NCBI GenBank assembly: GCA_012295275.1
Contig: CM022665.1
Location: 5,146,001-5,210,000 of the forward strand
Length of the DNA stretch: 64,000 nt
Source: Chrysomallon squamiferum
Lineage: Eukaryota > Animalia > Mollusca
Reading direction: 5' to 3'
Shown here in pieces: positions 1 to 13,502 of this stretch. The notes beneath the pieces are model-generated. The model did no database searches, was not told the origin of the DNA, and saw nothing but the letters and a program-made list of their open reading frames with translations. How positions within the stretch are numbered: the stretch's first letter is position 1; the number at the start of each line of letters is the position of its first letter. A program made the translations under genes and the position numbers.

Positions 1-452
1 GATACACTCAGTTATCCGATATGTAAAATCCGTTATTGACGATCGTATTTTTCACTAGAACAACGTTACAAAAAAAAAAAAAAAAAAAACCTGAAAGTTT
101 TCATTTCATTCCTTGTTTTTCTCTCTTTGTTTTAACACTGTTAATTAAAATGGGATATGCTAAGTATCTTTAGAGTATTTCTCCACAGAAAAAAGTTACA
201 CATTAATTTATTTCATTCTGTTAAAATGTTTAAAAAAAAAAAAATATAACAACATCGAAAAAACCTTTTTATAAATATACTTTATTGTCATATAGATCCA
301 CTTTTCAAAAGTCGCAACAAATTTCTACATAACCAGTCTGTATAAATAGAGAAACAAACAGTGTTTGAATAGCACGAGTTATATTTTACATTATATTATT
401 ATAGTAAATAAAAACTAAAATAAAATAAAACGCAGTATCTTGCTCGAGACTG

Positions 453-487
<35 letters not shown>

Positions 488-2493
488 TTTTAATTTTCAT
501 TAGCGAACTGGATTTTAGAGTTATAGTTTACAATACTGAAAGGAAATAAATTAAGATACCAATAAATAAATAAATTTAACACAATATAATATAATATTTT
601 AAATATGTTTGTACGATTATATTTAACAACATTTTAACGTATTTTCGGATAGAAACGTACACATACTTACATACAAAATGATCTAAAACATTTACATGTA
701 ACACAAAATTAACAAAACCTGCACAAATACTTAAAGCCATTAAAATCAGTATTTTTCCTTTATAATTATAATGAATGCACCAGTATAACAAAATAGATTA
801 AAATATTTCTTTCTCTCTTGCCCTGTACTAATACATTAATTACTCCATAGCGAAATAACAAAACAAAACTAAATAAATTTTTATACAACTGCTTTCAGGT
901 TAATTCCCTGATTTGTTATTATCAAATCGATCACTAACGAAAAGTAAAGTAAATAAAACAAAATATTATTTATCTGTACTTGTTCTTACTCATAATTAAT
1001 TTACAGGGCTAGATTATCCAGCAGAATACAAAGTTACATGTATAGAAAGTTTAGCGGTTAATAAATATGTTGTATTTGTTTTGACTTGTGAACAACACTT
1101 ACATTAACAAAACGGCAAGGTAGTGCAGTAAACTTTCATTAGTTTCTGATATATTACTAATTGGAGCTGGGATTAACCTGGGCATTGATGCCTGAGAAAT
1201 TCAGAAGGTTTTAATCGACTATTGTATTTTTAAATAATAATTGAAAACAAAACAGTCTCTGATTTATAAAGAATCAAATCCAGATTTAATTAAAACAAAA
1301 AAGTTTTTTCTTCACGTCCTATATTCTCAATAATCCGTGAAGAAATAATAAAAGCACAATAAAAAAAAAAAAAAAAACAAAAAAAACCCCAACGATAAAA
1401 AGACAAAAATATATATATATTTTTTCTAATCCTGATTCATTATGAATCAGATCTGTAATTAACTAAACTTATAATAATAATAATTTTATAAGATTCCAAA
1501 AATTATATTTTATGCCCTATATGCTTGATGGAGATCAACAAATTCAGAAAAGTGAATTAAGGTTGTTCAAAAGAAATTTTTAAAGATGAAATGAGTTTTG
1601 TGTAAAGAAGAAAAATATTAATCGGGCATAAAACAGGCCAGCCATAATTCACCCAATCAAGAGATACTAAAACGAAAACTAAAAATTTAAGAATCAAAAA
1701 TATAAAAACGAAAAGAAACCGGTATCTATATTATCCCTGATTCCTGCGTATCACATCCTTGCAAACCATAAAATTAATGAACTGAAATACAGTTTATAAA
1801 ATGTGCTTTCGTGTAGTAATTCCTAAAACGTTTCAAAATGACAACCATTAAAACTTTTAATCCCTGCAAGAATGCTTGTGTAAGAACAAAAAACTTGTCT
1901 CGGAATTTCTGTAAACATTATTTTGCATTTGTATACAAAAAAGGTCTAAAATTGTAATCAAAGTATGAAGTACACAGATTAAGGAAGTTTCTATGATTTA
2001 GAATATGTAAACTATTCTGGATACGGTAGTGATTGCTTTTAGTGTGTTTTTGACTTGATTCAATAGTTCATGTACGCCTATGGTGGGCATCGCTTAGAAA
2101 TCCTAACTGTAATGTATTTCCGATTTGCTGCTATTCTGATTATACACTTTCTCAGTAATTATAAATAGGGTTGACCACAGTTGTGTTGGCAAACAATTCT
2201 GGATTCACATATCGAGAACAGAAACAAAAATGACAACAAGTTGGATACAACAGTGCAATTTAAATAGATTTAGATAGGCTTGAATATATTGGATATATTC
2301 TAACACTACAGAGAATATATGTGAACTACGTCGAAACTGAAAACAGAAGAAGCATTTATCCAAAAATTAACACATTTTTGATGACGCTGGGCCAGAAATT
2401 CAGAAGCGATTGTTGTTTTTATTGTTGTTCTTATTTCCTTATTTCCTTGGGTAGAGAAATAAAAACATTGGTATTACAATGTTGTTGCATTAT

Positions 2494-2546
<53 letters not shown>

Positions 2547-2793
2547 CATATATATAAAGCAACAATGTTTCTAAATTAAACAAGAACAACAAACAGCTGA
2601 TTTTAAGTTGTGTTACATAGTGTGAAAAATTAAATTCGTTTGTGGAAGAAAATAAAAAGACGCGGAATAAGTCGGTTCGTTTTAACAGGTACCAAATGTC
2701 TGTCAAAATGTTTGATGTGTTAAATGATTTTTTTTTTTTAATCCCTGATATTGAGGTATATTACAGAGTAGGTTCCAAAATTAATAATAATAA

Positions 2794-2828
<35 letters not shown>

Positions 2829-2919
2829 AAGAAAATAATAATAAAAAGCAAGGAAAGAAAAAAATATGAATACACAGAAAAGAAGACTTAACGTACTTGG
2901 ATAAACAAAATACTCTGTT

Positions 2920-3265
2920 AACATATACATACAACACTGTATATCTATATATACTGTACTGGAATATGAAGATATATACTGTACATGCACAAAAGATAAA
3001 TAATCTGTTACATAAAAATCAAAACGATATGGCATGTGCCCTGACTGTGTGTATGTATCAAAATATATTGTACGTGATGAATATCATGATATATTGAACA
3101 TATATATCAAGATATGTATCAATGTATATTGTACATGTGTATATTAACATGCGATTAACGTATCAAATAATTATAGTGTACATTCATGTCAAGATATATG
3201 ATACATATAAATCAAGACATAAATACTGTACACGTTTAATCAAGATGAAAGGTACACATTTTAAT
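2920..3265. repeat. Degenerate ~25-bp minisatellite
   Basis: Recurring ATCAAGATAT...TGTACA units. Confidence 0.5.
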
Positions 3266-3301
3266 TCAACAGCAAACTTGGGTGTACCAGTACATCCTTA
3301 T

Positions 3302-3517
<216 letters not shown>

Positions 3518-4019
3518 TCTTCATTCTGTATTGTTCATACCAACATAATTATGTATACTTGCTACTTTACATTAAAATGTATCTCCAAAACGTCAAGACA
3601 ACAGAAACATTTCAGAAAAAAAGGTTCTGTTGAGTTTCTTCTTCTGTTAGACTTAGTTTAATTTATTCGATTGTTGGTAGACATTGAGCATTTTCGATAT
3701 ATATATAGAGAGAGAGACACACACACGGTGATAGAAAATGAACCTTTTCAGCGATATAATGTTCTCCGACCAGGACACCAAACAAAAAGTCAGAATTTAG
3801 GACATCTTAAACTGGCGTAAATATTTGCTTTTTTGGATAGATTATTATTCACTAATACCTTATATAAAGACAAGTAACTTTCGTTAGTTCGGCTACTGTG
3901 TAACAGTTTAAAACGAAAATCTGTTATTAGTTCTGTTTGTTGTAGTTTTTAATTTTCCTGATAATTTTGTACTCTCTTTAGGTATAGCAAATGCTTATCA
4001 CCGAAAGACGAGTATACAT

Positions 4020-4360
4020 TTAAAAATAAAATGTGTGTTTGATGAATTTTGAAGTTAAAATACATATTTAATTGATTATGAATTAAAACACACATTTAAT
4101 TATTTTTGAAGTAGCATATATTGTTTTTTTTTGATCAGTTTTAAATTAAAAAAGCATATTTAGTTAGTTTAAAATTAAAAAAATATTTCTAATTAGTTTA
4201 AAATATTTAATCAGTTTTGAAGTAAAATACATATTAAATGAAAACAGTAAAAACTGATATAAAAATTAAATTACATTTTTTACGAAGTTTTATAACATAT
4301 TTGAACCATTTTTCAGTTGTTATATAATATTTAAATGATTTTAAGTAAAAATGTATTTAT
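4020..4360. repeat. Degenerate ~30-bp AT-rich minisatellite
   Basis: Recurring TTTTGAAGT(T)AAAATACATATTTAAT-like units. Confidence 0.55.
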
Positions 4361-4490
4361 GAATAATTTCTTCTATTTAACTGCACCAAAGACACAAAAA
4401 TTACAAATATACATAATTAAATCTCAATACATGTAAACTTAAAATCTGTATCATTATGATTTAACATACATAACAGATATATATATATAT

Positions 4491-4611
<121 letters not shown>

Positions 4612-6357
4612 CATATTTATAAACAAAACAAATTTATATTACGTACATTCTGGGATAGTAACCAGAAAACTACAAAAGATATATATTTGGTGTTACAAAC
4701 AAACAGTCTAAATTTATTTTGCTATTTCAAAGACCCTCTTCGTTAACAGGTTTTGTTAATTATAACTCTATTATGGTGATGTCATTTCATAATTAGCATT
4801 AAAAGTCATTTTTCATTTCACTGTCAAATAATAGCTGGTCGGAGCATTAGAATACTGAAGAATATCAAATATTTTTAAGCTGTTTGTTTGTAGCACCTAA
4901 CATACATTATAACTTCACCAGGAACACAATATATTACAAATCATATATTTTCACCAGTTATTACATAACATCGTATATTATGTTCACCAGGTTTCCTGGA
5001 AAAATTTTAACTTTTCTAGAACAATAAGGTTCTTACGAACACATCAGATAATAATATACATTATTAATTCGATTCCTACATTTTTATGAAGGCCACATTT
5101 TTCTCAGCACATGTAGAAATATCTATTTACAAATTTGTGACAAATAATGATGATGGATATGCTTATATGAATGAATGAGTTTGAATTTGATTATACATAT
5201 TATATAAATGTATAAACAAATACATACATAAAGGAGTGTGCGTTGTGTACAGATATATATATTTTTTTTTTTTTTCATAAAGAAATATATACATAAAATC
5301 ATGTAATTAAAGTCTACTGTAGTGCGTGATTCTTATAACACATTCTTCGAATCTTTCGTATGATTCATTGTAAGGCTTCGAGTTATCTTTCAACAAAGCA
5401 TTAAACATATTTCATCAATATGATCTCCGTTCGTATTTATTAATAACAGTTATGAGGTCAGGATCAAAACAAACAAATAATAATAAATATAAATTAAAAA
5501 CACTTTAAAAAAAAAAATAGAGAAAAAAAGAAAAGAAAAAAAGTAGATATCATATTCTGATATAATGGGGTATTTTCATTCAGTAAAAAAATAACATTCC
5601 TTTGAATCAATAGTGTTAATTTAAAAAAACAAAAACAAACACAGTTATTACAATATTTTAACGTAACAAAATCTGCACCAAACGGGTATCTGAATATCTG
5701 TGATTCTATTTAACAACTGGGGTAATAAAATTATTAAAGTGTACTTTTGAAGGTACGAATAAATATCCTGATTTCAAATGTAATATTTCCAAGCTTTGTT
5801 TGTTTGATATAACAAAGGTTTTGCCAAATATAAATATAAAGAAAGGCTAGCAATAAATAATCCTGTGAAGATTCCGTTTTATGCAGTAATGTCATATCTT
5901 TTTTTACGAAACGATGTCAAAAAGGGTCATTCTCAGTGAATCATAAAAAAAAAAAAAAAAATTTTATTTTATTGTCATACTTTATTATTAACAAAGATCA
6001 ATGATTAAAAAAAAAAGAATTATTTGGATTTGTCTGAAATAAACTTTGGCTGTTTATTCGCACCATCAGTCAGTCACACTTTTCGTCAGAAATACTTTTT
6101 TTTTTTTTTTTTTTTTTGGTCCCCGTTAACCACCACTTAAAGTGGTCCCACATTTTAAAATAATTGTAAATATAATATGACGTAATATCAAACACGTCTT
6201 CCTATTACTCGAACGTTCTCTGTAACCAGTTCTTTGATTTTTCTTTAAATATGTAAATTAATTTCTAGCAATGCGTGAACAAACATTTAAAAAAAGATAT
6301 TGCCATACAATCTCATTTCTAAAATAGTATATAATAATAATAATAATAGTAATAATG

Positions 6358-6414
<57 letters not shown>

Positions 6415-6624
6415 GTAATAGTAATAATAATATAAAACCATTTCCACTTTCTTTTGTAAGTATAAATAAAATATAATAATGCTTAAATTTCAGCATTGAA
6501 AAAAAATCTTTCAGTTGTGTGTCTTTGTAGAGATACACACAGGTACGTAAATATTCGTACTGTAAGAAAAAGGATGGTGATATTAGCAAACCATTTCTGT
6601 ATCCATGGGATCAGCTTAAACCTT

Positions 6625-6744
6625 TCAATTTTTTCGCTTCTTAAACACGAAGTGAATGGGATCTTTCGTTGTAATAAACACAGTGTATTCCACGTTGATG
6701 TCTTCAAAGCCAGGTTCCAAACTCACTTCAAAGGACTGGAGAAT
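6625..6744 (-). CDS. CYP terminal coding exon (ILQSFEV...FVFKKRKN*)
   Basis: TTTCAG acceptor, 40 codons to TGA at 6627-6625; typical CYP C-terminus. Confidence 0.88.
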   Translation of the reverse strand: MLQSFEVSLEPGFEDINVEYTVFITTKDPIHFVFKKRKN

Positions 6745-9218
6745 CTGAAACAATGAAAAAAAAAAAAAAAAAAATAAAATAAAATTAAATAATTAATTAA
6801 TTAATAATACTAATAATAATTAAAAAATAATAATATAATGTTAAGAAGATCTGGAAAGTATCACAGAAGCAAAAAAAAAAAAAAAATGACAAACTAAAAC
6901 CGCGTGGGTTCTTTACAATTCGTATCATTATGCATTGTTACAATGTATGTTTTAAAATATGAAAATATTTGTGCAGTTGTAAGATACATTGGTTTTATGT
7001 AGTGGCGATCAATCCTTGATAACAATAAAGTTTAATATGAAAATAACCGAGTAGTTAGCATGATGGGATGAATACTGACGATTCCTTCCTTCTTAACGTG
7101 ACGTCAGTACGTACTGGTCACTAAACCAGATTCTATTGTTTATTTACCAACAGTAGACCAAGATGACACAAATTCAAATGCTTATTTAAGCTTTGTGATA
7201 TAAACCTTGGTTATGGCGAGGTACACTTCCTGTTCGGCAAAACGTCTACCTAAACAGGATCTCGGACCAAAACCAAATGGTAAAAACGCCATCGGATGAA
7301 CTGCTGCTTGCCGATGTCCTTGTTCGTTACGCAACCATCGTTCTGGAAGGAACTCTTCAGGCTGATTGAAATATTTTTCATTTTTCACTGTTCTGTGATT
7401 GCACATTACTATCAGCGTCTGAAATATACGTAGTATGTTAGCGTCATGACTCTACTTGCAGTTATCTGGTTCAATAAAACTATTTATTAAATTTAGGAAA
7501 ACGAAAAAAAAAAAAAAAAAAAAAAAAAAGGAATATATATCGACTTTATATAACTAAATATGCGATTAAACGTTAGCCAGTTTTCTGATATAGTTAATTA
7601 TTTACCTGAATTTGAATTATACCATTAATATTTGTTGATAAATAGGGCCCGTTAAACAGAATTATAAATCAAGTAAATAATATATTATAGTGTTGTGTTT
7701 TCTCAGAAGTATTAGTAGTTTTCAAACTTTACAGAATTTAGAAAGCTGCAATATTTCTTAACTGAAAATACTGTGAATATATATAAATATAGTCGTGACT
7801 GTATTTTAATTAGCAATCATAAATTCATTTATAGACAAATAACCGAAATAAGATGTAGAAAGTAGTTTACATTTTTGGGAACTTTGTATCCACGAAGTAC
7901 AATGTCTTTTGGTAGAAACCGGGTAGTTCCTGTGGAGGTCGGGTAATTCATTCTGGGAAAGAAGAAATTATGAAGATTAAAGTGTTTGAAATTATTTCCT
8001 GAAAAATATTAATCTGAGTATATAATATCATCACAGTGAGAGCCATCATTGTTTTATCACTGAGAAACTGAGAAAATAGGTTTTTAGAAAAAGGACAATG
8101 TTAAAGGGAAACAACTCGTGGAATCATAATGAAATAACTCCATAGTTCATTGCGAACAAACAAATAATAATTAAAATAATAATAATAATAAAATAAAAAA
8201 TAAAAAAATATCTTTTAAACATACACTTTCTCAGATATAAATTAAAATAAATAAATAAATAAAATAGTTATTATTCGCTTGTTTTTGTTGCAATTCTCTG
8301 GACTGATACAGTACACATTCAAATACAAATAACAATTTACTACATCCAAAATCATTTAGACACATCTTATAAATAATGACTAGCAGAGATGCACTGTAAC
8401 GATTTCCATTACGTACCTGAATGACTCTTTTACACAGGCCTTTAAAAACTGCATTTGACTAAGAGACTGCACAGTGAGCGGGCCCGAGGTCCCCATCACT
8501 GATTTGATTTCTTCATACAGACGTTTCTGCTGATCTGGGTGTCTAGCAATGGTATACAAAACCATCTGCAAATTCTTCGCTGTCTGAATGAAATGAGTAA
8601 ATGAATAAATAAAATAGGTAAGTGAAAAAAAAAAAAAATAATAAAAATAAAATAAAATATGGTATATGAGATATGTTTTAAAAAAAAAATTTATCATTAA
8701 AAACAAGAGAACTTTTAAGTACAAATGGAATCAGTTAACCACACACGCTAAGTAAAACAGACTGAGTACACACACACACACACACACACGCACACACATA
8801 TTAACCCTACATGTACAGTCTCACTGAAATATACAGATAAATTATCTCAGACAGAACAACACATATCCAAATGTAAATACCGAGTCGGTGCCTGCCACAA
8901 ACAGATCAATGATGACTGTCCTGATATCATCCAGAGTTATCCCTTCTTGAGAAAGCATCGTCTCCAGAAACGAGTTGTTTTCATTCAAATGTCCGCTTTT
9001 TTTTATTTCTTGCAAACAGTCATCTAAGACTGAGTTCGTGAAACTGCAACCAAGGGAAAGGCAACATATACTCAGTTATAATTCATTAATCTCTTATTTC
9101 TTCTGTAAGAAAAAGGCATAAAATAAATAAATAAATAAATAAATTAATTAATTAATTAAAAACTTTCTGTATATAATGTTTTATTTTTGTTTCTATGTTT
9201 CTTTCTTCTTTTTCTATT

Positions 9219-9265
<47 letters not shown>

Positions 9266-10686
9266 TTTTTTACTTAGAATTATTTTGTGTCGAAGGAAGA
9301 GAGGCATATGTTTAGTTTATATTTTGGAAAATAAGCAAGAATTTGTTTTCAGTACAAAAGAATAATACTACAAATTTGTCTTCATCTGCCCAAAACTTAG
9401 TCGTGCTTTGTATAACGAGAAAGATATTTCTAAGACTACGTAACACATAACATAACTATTATCACATACTGTTATTATTTGCAGTGTCATAACCAGAACT
9501 TATTAGACAGATTGATTATTATCACTATTATTATTATTATTGCTTCTTCAGCATTCACCAGTATTACTACTGAAATTATTAATTTCACGTATAAAACCAT
9601 AATTCTGTTTTTTCTACCTCATTTTCCTGTATACCGTTTTTTTTTTTTTTTTCGCATTTATTTAATTCATTAAATACACTGCAACATCTATTAATTACGT
9701 ATATTTTTGGTTTGTTATTTCACTGCTAAAAGGTTTGATTGGAGGTTTTTTTTAAATATTTTTTCTAAACTGAAACACTTACCCGAACACTTCGTTCGTC
9801 ATTTTCTCGTATCGTTTGTAGAAGGGTGTTTTGAAATGTTTGTAAAGCCCATAACCGACGTAAAACGATTCGTTGAAGAGTTCAAACAGTTTCCTCAAAC
9901 TTTCTAGCGATATTCGTTTGTGGGAAAAATCGTCGGTGTCATCCAAAAATCCCAGTCTTTTGTTAAAAGCTAGAGCACTAATACCTGAAATAGCAATATT
10001 TATTTTGCATATATTCATGTGTGTATAATATATATATGTGTGTGTGTGTGTGCGTGCGTATGCGTATGTAATGTATATATGTATGTATGTATGTATATGT
10101 ATGTATATGTATGTATGTATGTGTATGTATGTATGTGTGTATGTGTGTGTGTATATATGTCTATATACATGAATGAACGTATGTTTTTAGACAGGTGTAT
10201 AGGAATGCGTGTACGTGTGTAGGTAGGGAGGTAGATATACTGTTGTAAGTACGTATGAGCCTGTGTGAGTAACTGTGTGTATATATTGCCACACAAAGAA
10301 GCAGGCACAAATAAACATAGAAATAATGGCACATACTCATATGCGATCATGCATACACACATATACCTATACCTACAAACACACACACACAGACACGCAG
10401 ACACACGCACAGACAAAAACACACACACAGTCACGCAGACACGCGCACACACACACACACACGCACATATATACATACATACACTAAAGACTTACTTTCT
10501 GTCGCATACTTGAAAAACTCGTCTTTCATTTCTCCTGGAGTAAAATTCATCACCTGAAATCTTCTGACCAGATCATCAGCCACTTCGTTTTGAATGTCTA
10601 GATACTTCAAAGCAGCATCTGCCTTCATCATTCGTATGTTAATAGCACGCCTCAGTGTGTGCCAGTCCTCATTATCCCTGTAGTAC

Positions 10687-10720
<34 letters not shown>

Positions 10721-11020
10721 TATATATATAGATTATGTGCTTAATTAAAAATATTTCAACAGCAGAAAGATAAAATATATTAAAATACAAGAAAGGAAAA
10801 GAAAGAAAAGAAAGTATGAACAACTTGCCAGATGCGGAACTGGCACCCACCATTGCACGCACGAATGTGTATATATATATATAACATACATGAGTGAAGC
10901 ACAAACAAGTTTGCGTTTACTGTGTTAAAATGGAAATACTTATTTATAATCTAGCAGCCATAAGTTACAAATGAATCGCAAGAATATTGCTGTTATTGTT
11001 ATTATTATCATTATACTTTG

Positions 11021-11096
<76 letters not shown>

Positions 11097-13273
11097 CAGA
11101 AATGAATAGAAAGAGAAAGTCACTGAAATTTTATTAACAGTTTCACTTAATTTTGAAGATAAATTAAATATTACAGAACAGACAGAGTTAGAACAGAAAA
11201 GGAGAGAGAAAGATGGAAAACAGAAAGAAAAGAAAAAACACGAGAGAAAATTTAGAAAGAAAGTGGGAGATAAACAGCTAGCCAGACAAAAAAAAAAAAA
11301 AAAAAAAACAGTCGTTCACCTAGTAGCGACACCTGGTGCCACCTTGTTTCGTTGGCAATAAATTTTATGAAGATCTGCTGTGGGTCTTTTCGGGTAGCGC
11401 CCCTCGTTTTGAAACACGACTCCAATGTCGTCAGGATCCTCCAGCAGAACCATCCAGCGACCAAACTGAACGCGCACGATAGGTCCGTAGCGTTTGAGCA
11501 AATCGCCGTACAAATCATGTATCGTCTTTAGCGTGTGGTTAGCTGAAATGTCAAAAATGTGTGTGTGTACATATACATATAAATAAATACACACATACAC
11601 ACACGCATACATACATACATACATACATACATGCATGCATACATATATACATACATACATACATACATAGGTACGTACGTACATACATACATACACACAC
11701 ACACACATACGTACATACGTACGTACGTACATACATACATACATACATACATACATAAATAAATACATACATATATATACACATACACAAACAGAGAGAG
11801 AGCAAGAGAGAGAGAGGGAGAGAGAGATTTGAAAATGCAAGTATCTTCTTAACTTAAAACTAAATCAAGTCATAACTGTGATCGTAATACTGAAACTTAA
11901 CATCATATTGTTTTAACTAATAAAAGCTTTTAATTTTGTTTTCGATAGTTGATAGACTGCCGTTAGCTTAACGATGATAGTAACATTGCTGACATTAATT
12001 CACTAGATTTGTTTACTGATTTGACATATAAATCAGTGGCTTAGATTTATCTTACATTCCTCTGATTAACCCCTCCCCCAAACACCCAAAACAACGATGT
12101 ATTATATTATCATCAAACGTTATCATTAGAAAAAGGTTGTTACATAACTAATCTCTTGACCGTAAACAAAACATGAGTTTATTTCACTTACAATAATTAT
12201 GCTCGCACAGACAAAATACACTTTAAATGAAGAGTGTTAGTAAATTATTAATTTTTGTCAAATATATAACTTCAATAAGTTTGAACGTTAAATGTCTCAA
12301 ACAATGAAACGTCTGTAGTTTAAGAATGACTTAATAAGGACTTCTTTATCACATCTTGAAACATTTTGTTATTTATAGATATTCCGTATCGAGCATAACG
12401 TTTTATTTTATGAACCTACGATGCAGGAAATCTGATTCCCCCATTCCGTGAGTTACTCTCCTAAATTAGCAGCAAAGGATTGTCAAATGCACCTCCCCAG
12501 AGGTGGCAAAACAAATAGCACGGCTTTTAATAAATCAGTAGCAGGTCGTTGACTCTATAAATGTAATAAAAATCAGTGAGCTGTTTGTGCTTGTGGTATG
12601 TTAAAAATAAAACCTGACAACACAAAACAGCCTGCTCGGACAATGTACAAATAACCTTTCCAAGGGCGGATCCTAGACTGAGAAAAGGGTGGGCATCGCT
12701 GATATCATAGTGATAACATTCAACACTAAATGAGTAACATTTTCAAGAAAGAAAAAAAAAAAAAAAAAAAAAAAAAAAAGAAAGTAAAGAAAGAAAGAAA
12801 AAAAAAAAAAATAAAAAGAAAGAAAAAAGAAAAAGACCCCCCCCAAAAAAAAACATACTGGCAAAGACGAGGAAAGGGGATGTGATCGTGGCCCCCCTCC
12901 CACCTCTGGATCAGCCTTGAGAGTTTTGACTGAAAGAAACTCGGTTAGGGAGAACAACTGATAACATAACTATTCTTTCACGATTTTATTCTCCCAGGTC
13001 AAACGCAATTACGTAATTTGCAACGCGCCAAAAAATACCTGTGAAATACGTGACATTGCAAGCCAGTAACGTATCTTGTGTGAATGAACAAAAAGATTAC
13101 ATTTCTTAACCTTTACACGCTGTTGTTGGTATCAGTGTGGCAAATCAGCTGTCTAATCATCTGAACTGACTTGAAATAATCGAAAGCGTTTTTGAATTTT
13201 AACAATAGCAATAACAATAATCACAACAATAACAGCAACAAAAACAAAAACAATAATAATAATAATAATAATA

Positions 13274-13314
<41 letters not shown>

Positions 13315-13448
13315 AATGATGACGATGGTGATGATGATTATAAGAAGAAAAATAGAAAAAAAGAAAAGATGAAGAAGAAATAATTAAAAAACTGAAAATA
13401 CTGCCAATACTGGGGAAATAAAATAAAAATTAAAAAACAAAATCCTAC

Positions 13449-13502
<54 letters not shown>

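Noticed and set aside
850-2450. Possible decayed LINE or pseudogene in unique-looking sequence
   Set aside because: No sustained reading frame or recognisable motif by eye; it would need a translated search.
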